Source: Motiliproteus sp.
GTDB lineage: Bacteria; Pseudomonadota; Gammaproteobacteria; Pseudomonadales; Balneatricaceae
Assembly (NCBI GenBank): GCA_036964625.1
Contig: JBALTG010000001.1
Coordinates: 25,379-89,378 of the forward strand
DNA: 64,000 bases
Direction of reading: 5' to 3'
Shown: piece by piece, positions 51,271 through 61,087 of the stretch
Layout of the letters: every line of letters starts with the position of its first letter
How positions within the stretch are numbered: position 1 is the stretch's first letter
The notes under the pieces: generated by a model
Database searches by the model: none
What the model was told of the DNA's origin: nothing
Seen by the model: only the letters and a program-made list of their open reading frames with translations
Translations under genes and position numbers: made by a program

Positions 51271-54234
51271 ATGCCGGGGCTGCAACTCGATAATATCCCG
51301 CAACCGCTGCAGGCCGATCTGCAGCGCTATTGGCAGCAGTATCAGGATTGCGCCGATGCTGAGCAGCAGGCGCAGTTAGCGCTCCAGTCTGCGCCGTTCT
51401 GGTCGCAGCTAAGCCGTTGCTGGACAGGTAGTCGTTATGTTGCCGAGCAGTGCGTCGCGACGCCAGCGCTGCTGCCGGGGTTGCTGGATGATCTGCAACG
51501 CAGCTATAGCCGTGGACACTATGCCGATCAGCTCCGTGACCTGTTGCAGACGGTCGCGTCTGAGGAGCAGCTGCATCACCAGCTGCGGCGTTTTCGCCAG
51601 CGTGAGATGGTGCGGATTATCTGGCGTGATCTTAACCGCCTGGCGCAGATGGAGCAGACCACGGCAGACCTGAGTCAGCTGGCAGATGCCTGTATCGATC
51701 AGGCACTGGCCTGGCTGTATGCTGATGCGTGCGAAAAATGGGGTACACCCTATTCCCGTGAGATCGCGGTTTCTAGCGGGGGCGCCGCTGAGACTGCTGA
51801 ACCGCAGCGGATGGTGGTGTTGGGAATGGGCAAGCTAGGGGCGGGTGAACTCAACCTGTCATCGGATATCGACCTGATTTTCGCCTTTCCCGAGATGGGG
51901 GAGACTCAGGGGGCCAGCCGCTGTCTGGATAATCCGACCTTCTTCAATAAATTGGGACAGAAACTGATTCAGGCGTTGGATACGCTGACGGTTGACGGCT
52001 TTGTATTCCGGGTCGATATGCGCCTGCGCCCCTACGGCCAGAGTGGCATCCTGGTGCCCAGCTTTGCGGCCATCGAGCAGTATTATCAGGATCAGGGGCG
52101 TGACTGGGAGCGTTACGCCATGATCAAAGCCCGGGTCGTTGCGGGCGATAAACAGGCTGGCGCGGTGCTGATGCAGGACCTGCGACCGTTCGTTTACCGA
52201 AAATATCTCGATTACAGCGCCTTTGATTCATTGCGCCAGATGAAGGCGATGATCAACCGTGAGGTGCGGCGCAAAGGCCTGCACGGTAACGTCAAGCTGG
52301 GACCGGGGGGGATCCGGGAGGTGGAGTTTATCGCCCAGGCGTTCCAACTGATTCGCGGTGGTCGCGATACCCGGCTACAGCAACGCGAGTTGCGCACCAT
52401 TCTGGGCCTGTTACCCGAAACCGTGGGCATGCCGCCGCAGGCCAGCGAGGCGCTGTACCAAGCCTACCGTTTTTTACGTAATGCCGAGCATGCGCTCCAG
52501 GCGGTGGCGGATAAACAGACTCAGGAGCTGCCGCTCGAGGCTGCAGAGCAGGCCCGGGTCGCATTCAGTATGGGGTTCGAAACCTGGCAGGCCTTTATGG
52601 TGGCGCTGGACCTGCATCGTGACTGCGTCAGGAGCCAGTTTGCCGAGGTGATCGCCCCGGCCGACGCCGAAGATGAGAGTGAGGATCAACAGAGTGGTTG
52701 GGCGTCTTTGTGGCTGGGCGAGTTAGAGCCGGAGCTGGCGTTACCGCAACTGCTTAGCAACGGTTTTGAGGATCCCGCCGGGGCGCTACGGTTGCTGGAT
52801 AATTTACACCAAAGCCGTAAGGTTAAAACGCTGCAACAGATCGGCCGCGAGCGCCTCGACCGGGTGATGCCACAGCTGCTGCAGGCGGTGGCCGCGCAGC
52901 AGACCCCGACCCGAACCCTGGAGCGGACCCTGCAATTGATCGAGGCGGTGCTGCGCCGCAGTGCTTATCTGGTGCTGCTGGCTGAGAACCCCGGCGCCCT
53001 GGCCCAGCTGGTCAAACTCTGCGGCGCCAGCGCCTGGGTTGCCGAGCAGCTGGCCAAGCAGCCGATCCTGCTGGATGAACTGATCGACGTGACCAGTCTG
53101 TACGCACCGCCCAACAAACAGGCATTGCAGCAGGAGCTACGCCAGCAGCTGCTGCGCATCCCCGAGGAGGATGTCGAGCAGTTGATGGAGGCGTTGCGTT
53201 ATTTCAAAAATGCCCATGTGTTACGCGTTGCCGCAGCCGAGATTAGTGGCGCCCTGGCGCTGATGAAAGTGAGTGATTACTTAACCTATATCGCAGAGGT
53301 GGTGCTCGAAGGTGCGCTGAATATCGCCTGGAACCTGATGACAGAGAAGCACGGTGCGCCGCAGCAAGCGCCCGGTGAGCCCTGCGATAAAGAGTTTATC
53401 GTGGTGGGCTACGGCAAGGTTGGTGGCATCGAACTGAGCTATGGCTCGGACCTGGATCTGGTGTTTATCCATGATGTGAGCGCCAATCTGAGCACCGATG
53501 GCGACCCCGCGCTGGGGAAAAAACCGATCGATAATCAGGTGTTCTTTACCCGGCTGGGGCAGCGCATCATCCATCTGCTCAATACTTCGACCCCCTCCGG
53601 CCAGTTGTACGAGGTGGATATGCGCCTTCGGCCCTCGGGCAACGCTGGCATGCTGGTCAGCTCGTTGAAAGCGTTCCGTGACTACCAGCTCAAAGAGGCC
53701 TGGACCTGGGAGCATCAGGCGCTGGTCAGAGCGCGGGTGATCACCGGCAGCAGCGCCTTGCAAGAGGGGTTTGAGGCGGTTCGGCGCGAGGTGCTGGGGC
53801 AGCGTCGTGATCGGGACAAACTGCGTACCGAGGTTGTCGATATGCGAAATAAGATGCGCGCGCATCTGGGGAGTAAGAACGGCGCCAAACAGGAGGACGC
53901 GGTGTTCGATCTCAAGCAGGACCGGGGGGGGATTGTCGATATCGAGTTTCTGGTGCAATACCTCGCGCTGGGCCACGCCGCCGAGTGCCCGGAGTTGATT
54001 CAGTACACCGATAATATCCGCATTCTGGATGCCGCTGAGCAGGCCGGATTGCTACCTTCTGAGGAGGCCGAGCTGCTGCGCGAGGCGTACAAAACGTACC
54101 GCTCGCTGGGGCACAAGCTATCGCTGCAGAAGCTGTCCAATGTGATCAGCGATCAGCAGCTGCGCGAACTGCGCGAACTGCGCGCTGCCGTGGTGGCGGC
54201 CTGGGGTAGGGTTGTGGAGGCTGTTCCGGAATAA
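51271..54234 (+). CDS. glnE: bifunctional glutamine synthetase adenylyltransferase/adenylyl-removing enzyme
   Basis: About 987 aa. Two nucleotidyltransferase domains (GMGKLGAGELNLSSDIDLIF and GYGKVGGIELSYGSDLDLVF). Confidence 0.95.
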   Translation: MPGLQLDNIPQPLQADLQRYWQQYQDCADAEQQAQLALQSAPFWSQLSRCWTGSRYVAEQCVATPALLPGLLDDLQRSYSRGHYADQLRDLLQTVASEEQLHHQLRRFRQREMVRIIWRDLNRLAQMEQTTADLSQLADACIDQALAWLYADACEKWGTPYSREIAVSSGGAAETAEPQRMVVLGMGKLGAGELNLSSDIDLIFAFPEMGETQGASRCLDNPTFFNKLGQKLIQALDTLTVDGFVFRVDMRLRPYGQSGILVPSFAAIEQYYQDQGRDWERYAMIKARVVAGDKQAGAVLMQDLRPFVYRKYLDYSAFDSLRQMKAMINREVRRKGLHGNVKLGPGGIREVEFIAQAFQLIRGGRDTRLQQRELRTILGLLPETVGMPPQASEALYQAYRFLRNAEHALQAVADKQTQELPLEAAEQARVAFSMGFETWQAFMVALDLHRDCVRSQFAEVIAPADAEDESEDQQSGWASLWLGELEPELALPQLLSNGFEDPAGALRLLDNLHQSRKVKTLQQIGRERLDRVMPQLLQAVAAQQTPTRTLERTLQLIEAVLRRSAYLVLLAENPGALAQLVKLCGASAWVAEQLAKQPILLDELIDVTSLYAPPNKQALQQELRQQLLRIPEEDVEQLMEALRYFKNAHVLRVAAAEISGALALMKVSDYLTYIAEVVLEGALNIAWNLMTEKHGAPQQAPGEPCDKEFIVVGYGKVGGIELSYGSDLDLVFIHDVSANLSTDGDPALGKKPIDNQVFFTRLGQRIIHLLNTSTPSGQLYEVDMRLRPSGNAGMLVSSLKAFRDYQLKEAWTWEHQALVRARVITGSSALQEGFEAVRREVLGQRRDRDKLRTEVVDMRNKMRAHLGSKNGAKQEDAVFDLKQDRGGIVDIEFLVQYLALGHAAECPELIQYTDNIRILDAAEQAGLLPSEEAELLREAYKTYRSLGHKLSLQKLSNVISDQQLRELRELRAAVVAAWGRVVEAVPE

Positions 54235-54423
54235 ATGCCGTGGCTACAGAGGTTGCGCTATGGCGGAGTTAGCGGTTGCTGACCGAAGGACATCACAGTA
54301 TCAGGATAACACCCCCTCTCTAAATCGATGAAAGCCTACCTGAAACAGCCCCGACAGGGGCGAGGCAGGAGCCGAGCCGGGCAGCACGACAAGGATGTCG
54401 TGGGGAGTGTTTTCAATGCAGGA

Positions 54424-54770
54424 GCCGGAATTTCAGTGTTTATGTGGGTCGGAATTCATTCCGACAGAACCCTCCGGCGGCCAACCATGTCGGGATGCTA
54501 CACCCACAAAATCAGCCATTCATGCATGAATTGGTCGTTATACCGACCAGCGTGCTGCCTATGTCAGGTTGAAACCCGACCCACAAACCCCTCCATTCAT
54601 GCATGGGCCGGAATTTCAGTGTTTATGTGGGTCGGAATTCATTCTGACAGAACCCTCAGGCGGCCAACCATGTCGGGATGCTACACCCACAAAATCAGCC
54701 ATTCAGGCATGAGTTGGTCGTTATACCGACCAGAGTGCTGCCTATGTCAGGTTGAAACCCGACCCACAAG
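54424..54770. repeat. REP/BIME-like cluster 2: two copies of a 183 bp composite unit from the same family as cluster 1
   Basis: GCCGGAATTTCAGTGTTTATGTGGGTCGGAATTCATT starts at 54424 and 54607. Each unit carries two TGTGGGT/ACCCACA-ended palindromes. Confidence 0.9.
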
Positions 54771-54923
54771 GGAGATATGTCGTGTTTGCCCGCCTCAGGC
54801 TGGCTTTCATCGGTTTAGAAGGGTAATTGGGCGTCATCCAGATACTCCGGTGGACTTCTGTCAGCAGCAGTCGTTAAGTGTTCTCAGCTATCCGCCAGCA
54901 ACAACTAATTAGTACATAGCCAT

Positions 54924-54952
54924 AAAAAAGCCCTGCTGGGGTCAGCAAGGCT
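54924..54952 (-). terminator. rho-independent terminator of the BCAT gene
   Basis: Minus strand AGCCUUGCUG-ACCC-CAGCAGGGCU (one G-U pair) followed by U6. Confidence 0.8.
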
Positions 54953-54998
54953 TTCGGGTTGGCAGGGCTTTAGACGCGGGGCCGACGACGACCTGGAA

Positions 54999-55994
54999 TC
55001 AGATTCGGGTCAGCCAGCCGTGCCGGTCTTCGCTCTTGCCCCACTGGATGTCGTTCAGCGTCTGGCGCAGCTTGACGGTGGTCGCCCCCACGCCGCCGTT
55101 ACCCACGTGGATATCTTTGCCCTGGTAGATCAGGGTGCCAACCGGGGTCAGAACCGCCGCGGTGCCTGAGAGTGCGGCTTCACAGCCGGGCTTGGCGGCA
55201 CGCTCCAGCAGTTCATCGACGCTGAGTTGGCGCTCGGAAACCTTCATCCCCAGATCGCGGGCGATAGTGAGAATCGAGTCGCGGGTGACGCCGTGGAGGA
55301 AGCTTTCATCCAGTGCCTTGGTGATGATCTCGTCCCCATCGATCAACAGGAAGTTGGCCGCACCGGTCTCCTGGACGTCACCATCGGGGCAGAATAGCAC
55401 CTGATCGGCGTTGTACTCGGCACGCGCATTCATGATCGGGCGCAATGCGCTGGCGTAGTTGCCGCCGCTCTTGATCATGCCGTTATGGGGCGCACAACGC
55501 ATTCCCTGATCATCAATCAGCAGCCGCAGGCAGGCATCACCACCGGCAAAATAGTCGCCGACCGGTGACAACAGGATGTACTGACAGGAGGTCATTGAAG
55601 GCGCGGCGGCCTTGCCGATTGCAGCTTCAGTGCCGAAATGGGTCGGGCGGATATACATCGAGCCGGGCGGTGCCGGTACTTCCGCGGCAAAATGGGCCAC
55701 GCTGTCGGTGATCATCTTGGCGGTTGCGGTTTTGTCGATCTCGGGTAGCGCCAGTAATCGTGCGCTCTGGGCAAAACGTTCCAGGCCGCTGGGCATGCGG
55801 AAGATCTGGGTAGAACCGTCCGCATGACGGAACGCCTTCATGCCTTCGAAGCATGTGCTGGAGTAGTGCAGCACATGCGCGCCGGGGTGGAGTTGAATGC
55901 TGTTGCTCGGGACCATCTGCGCAGCGCTCCACTGTGACCCGTCGAACCAGGAGATCGCCATTTCAGGCATGAATACCGTACCAAACGCAGACAT
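54999..55994 (-). CDS. ilvE: branched-chain amino acid aminotransferase (class IV, long form)
   Basis: 331 aa. LHYSSTCFEGMKAFR matches the HY..x.FEG.KAY motif of BCATs. Confidence 0.85.
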   Translation of the reverse strand: MSAFGTVFMPEMAISWFDGSQWSAAQMVPSNSIQLHPGAHVLHYSSTCFEGMKAFRHADGSTQIFRMPSGLERFAQSARLLALPEIDKTATAKMITDSVAHFAAEVPAPPGSMYIRPTHFGTEAAIGKAAAPSMTSCQYILLSPVGDYFAGGDACLRLLIDDQGMRCAPHNGMIKSGGNYASALRPIMNARAEYNADQVLFCPDGDVQETGAANFLLIDGDEIITKALDESFLHGVTRDSILTIARDLGMKVSERQLSVDELLERAAKPGCEAALSGTAAVLTPVGTLIYQGKDIHVGNGGVGATTVKLRQTLNDIQWGKSEDRHGWLTRI

Positions 55995-56172
55995 GATGCT
56001 ACCTCAGAAAAGAGTCAGAAAAGTTGTACTAAAAGGGCTTTGTAATTATTGCTGCCAGGTGCAGTCCTGACATCTTCAAATAAAGCAGAGATTGTAGTCA
56101 CCCGCGTCAGAAAAGGGAATTGCCCTGTCGCCGCTTTAAACCACGATGAGGATAATAAATATTGATCCGGGG

Positions 56173-56880
56173 TCAGCCCTCATTGTAACCCGTCAGTAAA
56201 CGCTGCCAGTGCGGATCGTGATTCTGATGCGGAAACAGCTTCTGCAGTGAGCGCAGCAACCGGTTCAGATTGCGCTGCTGCCACGCCTGTTGCGGTTGGC
56301 GCAAGCGGCAGCGATCGAAGTCGATCAGGAAAACCCGATCATTGCTGTTAAGCAGAATGTTGCGGATATTCAGATCCACATGATCGAGTCCCTGACGGTG
56401 GAAACGGGCGATGGTTTTGCCAACCTCGTGCCAGGGGAACTGCTGTAGATTGGATTCGAGCCGGTCCGCCATCGATTTGACCTCGGGCAGACGCTCGGTG
56501 ACGAAGTCCGCACGGTAACTGAGTCCATCACGCAGCACCTGGGCCGCGAGAGGGCGGGGAACCGGCAGGCCACGCGCACGCAGTTCGGCGGTCAGGGCGA
56601 ACTCCTGGTAGGCCCGGGTCTGCGTTAAACCGGCCCAGAGGTAACGGTCTTCGCTGAGCTTGGCCACCAAGCCGCCGCGCTTGTAATGGCGCCAGACCAG
56701 ATTCAGGGCCAGTTCGCGATAGTGCAAAAAATAGCTTTCACCACGACCGGGCGCGGAGTCGATTGCCACCCCCTGGCTGCGCCACCAGTTGAGATCAAAC
56801 CAAGATGGGGTAATATGGCCCACTAACTCTGGCACCACCAGTAGCGTGGCGTGTCCCTGCTCAATAATTTGGAAATTCAT
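56173..56880 (-). CDS. kdkA: 3-deoxy-D-manno-octulosonic acid (Kdo) kinase
   Basis: 235 aa. Kinase-like HVDLNIRNILL catalytic loop, N-terminal WFD..FW motif, and LPS core gene context. Confidence 0.8.
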   Translation of the reverse strand: MNFQIIEQGHATLLVVPELVGHITPSWFDLNWWRSQGVAIDSAPGRGESYFLHYRELALNLVWRHYKRGGLVAKLSEDRYLWAGLTQTRAYQEFALTAELRARGLPVPRPLAAQVLRDGLSYRADFVTERLPEVKSMADRLESNLQQFPWHEVGKTIARFHRQGLDHVDLNIRNILLNSNDRVFLIDFDRCRLRQPQQAWQQRNLNRLLRSLQKLFPHQNHDPHWQRLLTGYNEG

Positions 56881-56882
56881 TC

Positions 56883-57995
56883 GTGAACCTTACCGGTACT
56901 TCAGATGTTCAGGCAATCTCTCCGCTGCTGGGGCGTGCCCCCGAATCGATCTGTATTCTGCGACTCTCAGCATTGGGTGATGTCTGTAACGCGGTGCCTG
57001 CCGTTCGAGCCTTGCAGCGGCAGTGGCCCGATTGTCGCATAACCTGGGTGGTAGGCAAGACCGAACTGCGCCTGCTCGATGGCCTGGACGGTGTCGAACT
57101 GCTCAGTTATGACAAGAAAACCGGGCTTAAGGGGATTTTCGCGCTGCGCCGTCAGCTTAAAGGGCAGCGTTTTGACCTGTTGCTGCACATGCAGGCGGCG
57201 CTGCGCTCGAGTCTGGTGTCGCTGGCGATTCGGGCCCAGGTCCGGCTGGGTTTTGATGCGGCAAGAGCTAAGGATAATCAGCGCTGGTTCACTAATCGAC
57301 AAATTGCCGCCAATCCGCGTAAGCACGTCCTCGATGGATTTATGGATTTCGTGCGTGCCTGCGGTGCCGAGGCTGAGCAATTAGAATGGAGGATGCCGAT
57401 TACGACGCAGGATCGCGCTGAAACCCAGCTGCTGGTAGGCGAGGGCGATTATTTGGTGATCAGTCCCTGCTCCAGCCAGCGGATTCGTAATTTTCGCAAC
57501 TGGTCGGTAGCAGGCTATGCCCAGGTGATCGATCACGCCTGGAGTCAGTATGGGGTGCGTACGGTGCTGAGCGGTGGCAACACCGAGCTGGAGCATCAAT
57601 ACGGGCGGCAGCTGGGCGAGCTGTGCCAGCATCCGCCGCTGAATCTGATCGCCAAGACGTCGTTGAAACAGCTGCTGGCGCTGATCGAAAATGCGCGCCT
57701 GGTGATGGGACCCGATTCCGGACCGATGCATATGGCAACGGCGACCGGGACCCCTGCGCTGGGTCTGTATGCCAGCTCCAATCCGGACCGCACCGGGCCC
57801 TACCTAAGCCGCCAGTGGGTGGTCGATGGCTATCCGGATCAGGTGCGCAAAACCTTTGGCTGCGATGTCAATGCGATCAGCTGGGGCAAGCGGGTGCGCA
57901 GCCCGGATGTGATGGATTCGATCCAGGTGGAGGAGGTGATCGCGATGCTGGACCGGTTACTCGGCGGTTCTGGTGCAGGAACCCCAGGCGCGTGA
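56883..57995 (+). CDS. glycosyltransferase family 9 (LPS heptosyltransferase-like)
   Basis: ICILRLSALGDVCNAVPAVRAL is a GT9 N-terminal motif. GTG at 56883 is the only in-frame start candidate I can see. Confidence 0.8.
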   Translation: MNLTGTSDVQAISPLLGRAPESICILRLSALGDVCNAVPAVRALQRQWPDCRITWVVGKTELRLLDGLDGVELLSYDKKTGLKGIFALRRQLKGQRFDLLLHMQAALRSSLVSLAIRAQVRLGFDAARAKDNQRWFTNRQIAANPRKHVLDGFMDFVRACGAEAEQLEWRMPITTQDRAETQLLVGEGDYLVISPCSSQRIRNFRNWSVAGYAQVIDHAWSQYGVRTVLSGGNTELEHQYGRQLGELCQHPPLNLIAKTSLKQLLALIENARLVMGPDSGPMHMATATGTPALGLYASSNPDRTGPYLSRQWVVDGYPDQVRKTFGCDVNAISWGKRVRSPDVMDSIQVEEVIAMLDRLLGGSGAGTPGA

Positions 57996-59257
57996 GTGAA
58001 CAGTTGGGGCGCTACCAGTGGCTGCTACGGCTGCTGACCCCCGCCCTGTTGGCATTAGGGCGCAAGCAGGACCCGGCGCGCTGGAGAGAGCGGCTGGGGC
58101 GTTACACCGGGCCACTCCCGGATCAGCCGATCTGGCTCCATGCTGCCTCCTTTGGCGAGGCCAAAGCGGCGGGCGTGCTGATCGATGCGATCCGTCAGTT
58201 GGGTTATCAGGGCGCCTGGCTGGTGACCACCACGACCCGTACCGGGGGCGAGGCGATCCAACCTTTTCTGCATCCGGGTGACCGGCATCTGTACGCGCCA
58301 CTCGACCTGCAGGGCTGTGTTAAACGGGCCCTGAAGCAGATCCAGCCTCGGCTGTTGATCGTCATGGAGGTCGAGATCTGGCCTAATCTGTGGGCTGAAT
58401 GCCAGCGCCAGGGGGTTCCGGTGGTGCTGGCTAACGCGCGGCTGTCCGACTCCTCGTTGCATAAATATCTAAAATATTTACCCCGGCTGTGGCGCACCAC
58501 CCTGCAGCGCGCCGACCTCATCCTGGCGCAGAGCGAGCCGATAGCGGCGCGCTTTCAGCAGCTGGGGGTGGCGTCGGAGCGGCTTCAGGTCAGCGGTAAT
58601 CTCAAGTACAGCCAGCCGCTGCCCGATGATATCGAGGCCAGGGGGGCCGCACTGCGGGATCAGCTAGGACAGCCGCGCCCCGTCTGGTTAGCCGCCAGCA
58701 CCCACGACGGAGAGGAGGCGATTGCACTGGATTGCCACCGAGCGCTGCTAGAGACTTATCCCTCGTTGTTGCTGGTGCTGGTGCCGCGGCATCCGCAGCG
58801 CTTCGATCGGGTGGCGCAGCTGTGTCAGCAATCCGGGCTGACAACACAACGGCGCAGCCAGGCGGCTGATGACCGGGTATTGCCAGAAACGGAAGTCTAT
58901 ATTGCCGACACCCTGGGAGAGCTGCTGCATTTTTATGCGGCGGTGGACCTGTGCTGGGTCGCGGGTAGCTTCGTCGATGTCGGCGGGCATAATATTCTGG
59001 AGCCCGCCGCATGCGGTTGCCCGATGTTGGTGGGGCCGGATATGCGTAATTTTGAGGAGATAACAGCTGAGTTTGTTTGCGCCGATGGCGTGGTTCAGGT
59101 GCAGCAGCCGGCAGAATTAATCGATGCGATAGCGGCGCTTCTCGGCAGCGATTGCAAACGCCGGTCGATGACCGATGCGGCACGTCAGCAACTGCATGAC
59201 CATGCCAACGCTTGCCGTTTGCAGGCCAATAAAGTTGCCCATTATTTGCAGCTCTGA
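57992..59257 (+). CDS. waaA: 3-deoxy-D-manno-octulosonic acid transferase
   Basis: About 421 aa from GTG 57992, which overlaps the GT9 stop (GTGA). IWLHAASFGEAKAA resembles the KdtA motif HSVSVGE. The track ORF start at 57623 is an upstream extension. Confidence 0.88.
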   Translation: MSEQLGRYQWLLRLLTPALLALGRKQDPARWRERLGRYTGPLPDQPIWLHAASFGEAKAAGVLIDAIRQLGYQGAWLVTTTTRTGGEAIQPFLHPGDRHLYAPLDLQGCVKRALKQIQPRLLIVMEVEIWPNLWAECQRQGVPVVLANARLSDSSLHKYLKYLPRLWRTTLQRADLILAQSEPIAARFQQLGVASERLQVSGNLKYSQPLPDDIEARGAALRDQLGQPRPVWLAASTHDGEEAIALDCHRALLETYPSLLLVLVPRHPQRFDRVAQLCQQSGLTTQRRSQAADDRVLPETEVYIADTLGELLHFYAAVDLCWVAGSFVDVGGHNILEPAACGCPMLVGPDMRNFEEITAEFVCADGVVQVQQPAELIDAIAALLGSDCKRRSMTDAARQQLHDHANACRLQANKVAHYLQL

Positions 59258-59359
59258 GCACTCTCTGGATACCCTGGGTTCTGTGTTAGAATTCCGCCAG
59301 CGGAGTTTTTAACCCCAGATTATTCATAGTACAAGCGTTACGCTGACCGGGACCTTTCA

Positions 59360-61087
59360 TTGAGATCTAATAAAGAACTTCTTGGCCGTCTTTTTATCTA
59401 TATAAAGCCGCATTGGAGTCGGTTTCTGATCGCGATTGCGGCCATGGCCGTCGTCGCCGCGACCGAGCCAGCTGTCGCTGCGATGATGCAGCCGCTGATC
59501 GATGGCACCTTTATCGACAAAGACCCCAATGCCATCATCATGGTGCCTCTTACCTTTGTGGGGCTGTTTTTTATTCGGGGGGTGGGTCGGGTCATTGCCA
59601 CACTAGGGATATCCTCGGTTGCCACGCGGGTCGTGATGCAGCTGCGGATCGATCTGTTCAACCATGTCCAACGCCTGCCTCAAGCTTATATGGATGCTCA
59701 TACGACGGGGCAATTACTGTCCAAGATCACCTACGATGTAGAGCAACTCTCAGCGACAGCCAGTAAGGTCTGGTTGGTCGTCGTGCGTGATTCGCTGGTC
59801 ATTGTCGGTCTGCTGGGTTACCTGTTTTATCTTAATTGGAAGCTGACGCTGCTGGTGTTAATTACCGCCCCTGTGATCGCGCTTATCATCAAAGTGGTCA
59901 GCAAACGGATGCGTAAATCCAGCCGTCTGATGCAGAAAAATATGGGGCTATTAACCCACCGTCTTGAAGAAAGTCTCAAGGGTCACCGGTTGGTAAAGCT
60001 GTTTTTAGCTGAGCGCCAAGAGGAAGCTAAGCTCTATCGCGTGGTGAATACCCTGCGTCAAAACACTTTCAAACTGACCATGATCGGCGCTGCCAACTCT
60101 CCGGTGGTGCAGTTTGTGATTGCTCTTTCGCTGGCAGGGGTGATCTATTTTGCAGCCTCTCTGGAGGGGGGCTCAGCCATGAGCCCGGGCCAGTTCGTCG
60201 CATTCTTTACCGCGATGGGGATGCTGTTTGCGCCGATGCGCTCATTGACCAGTGTTAATGAACCGTTTCAACGGGGTATGGCGGCAGCGGAAACGCTGTT
60301 TACGTTACTCGATCATCCCATTGAACCCGAGACCGGTGATGCCTTTGCGCAGCCGCTCAAGGGTCATATTAAAATTGACGACCTGTGCTTTCGTTATCTG
60401 GCCGACCAAGAGTTGGTGCTCAAGCACTTGAGTGTTGAGCTGCAGCCTGGCGAGACGCTGGCGCTGGTGGGGAGCTCCGGCAGTGGTAAATCAACCCTCA
60501 CCCAGCTTTTGACCCGTTTCTACGAGCCAAGCGCGGGACAGGTTTTGTTTGACGGCGTCGATATTCAAACGCTCAATTTGGCCAGCCTGCGCGATCAGAT
60601 CGCGTATGTCGATCAGGACGTGTTTCTGTTCAACGACACGGTGGCCGCCAATGTGGCCTTCGGAGATCCTGATGGGATCGATCTTGAGCGGGTGAAACAG
60701 GCATTGATTCATGCCCATGCAGAAGAGTTTGTCAGCAAACTCGATGGCGGTATTCTGGCTGAGGTGGGGGAGCAGGGTGGGCTGTTGTCCGGCGGGCAGC
60801 GACAGCGCCTGGCCCTGGCCCGGGCGTTTTACAAGGATGCACCGCTTTTGATTCTCGATGAGGCCACCTCGGCGTTGGATAATGAATCTGAGCGTCAGGT
60901 CCAGGCTGCGCTGGAGACGCTCTGTCAGGGGCGTACCACGATTATCATCGCCCATCGCCTCTCCACCATCGAGCATGCTGATCGGATTCTGGTGATGGAT
61001 AAGGGAGAAGTGAAAGAGATGGGAAGCCACCAGCAGCTGTTGGCGAAAAATGGCATCTATCGTCAGCTGTACCAGGAGATGGGTTGA
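59360..61087 (+). CDS. msbA: lipid A export ATP-binding/permease protein
   Basis: 575 aa. Six-TM ABC exporter domain plus an NBD ([17 protein letters not shown]). Lipid A gene context. TTG start is uncertain. Confidence 0.9.
   Translation: MRSNKELLGRLFIYIKPHWSRFLIAIAAMAVVAATEPAVAAMMQPLIDGTFIDKDPNAIIMVPLTFVGLFFIRGVGRVIATLGISSVATRVVMQLRIDLFNHVQRLPQAYMDAHTTGQLLSKITYDVEQLSATASKVWLVVVRDSLVIVGLLGYLFYLNWKLTLLVLITAPVIALIIKVVSKRMRKSSRLMQKNMGLLTHRLEESLKGHRLVKLFLAERQEEAKLYRVVNTLRQNTFKLTMIGAANSPVVQFVIALSLAGVIYFAASLEGGSAMSPGQFVAFFTAMGMLFAPMRSLTSVNEPFQRGMAAAETLFTLLDHPIEPETGDAFAQPLKGHIKIDDLCFRYLADQELVLKHLSVELQPGETLALVGSSGSGKSTLTQLLTRFYEPSAGQVLFDGVDIQTLNLASLRDQIAYVDQDVFLFNDTVAANVAFGDPDGIDLERVKQALIHAHAEEFVSKLDGGILAEVGEQGGLLSGGQRQRLALARAFYKDAPLLILDEATSALDNESERQVQAALETLCQGRTTIIIAHRLSTIEHADRILVMDKGEVKEMGSHQQLLAKNGIYRQLYQEMG

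Noticed and set aside
54328-54912. 194-aa plus-strand ORF downstream of glnE
   Set aside because: It is a direct translation of the duplicated 183 bp REP/BIME unit, and the internal protein repeat equals the DNA repeat. It has no RBS.
57623-57991. N-terminal 123-aa extension of the waaA ORF in the track
   Set aside because: It overlaps the GT9 gene in another frame and has R/G/P-rich off-frame composition. KdtA-like sequence begins only after the in-frame GTG at 57992, which overlaps the GT9 stop.
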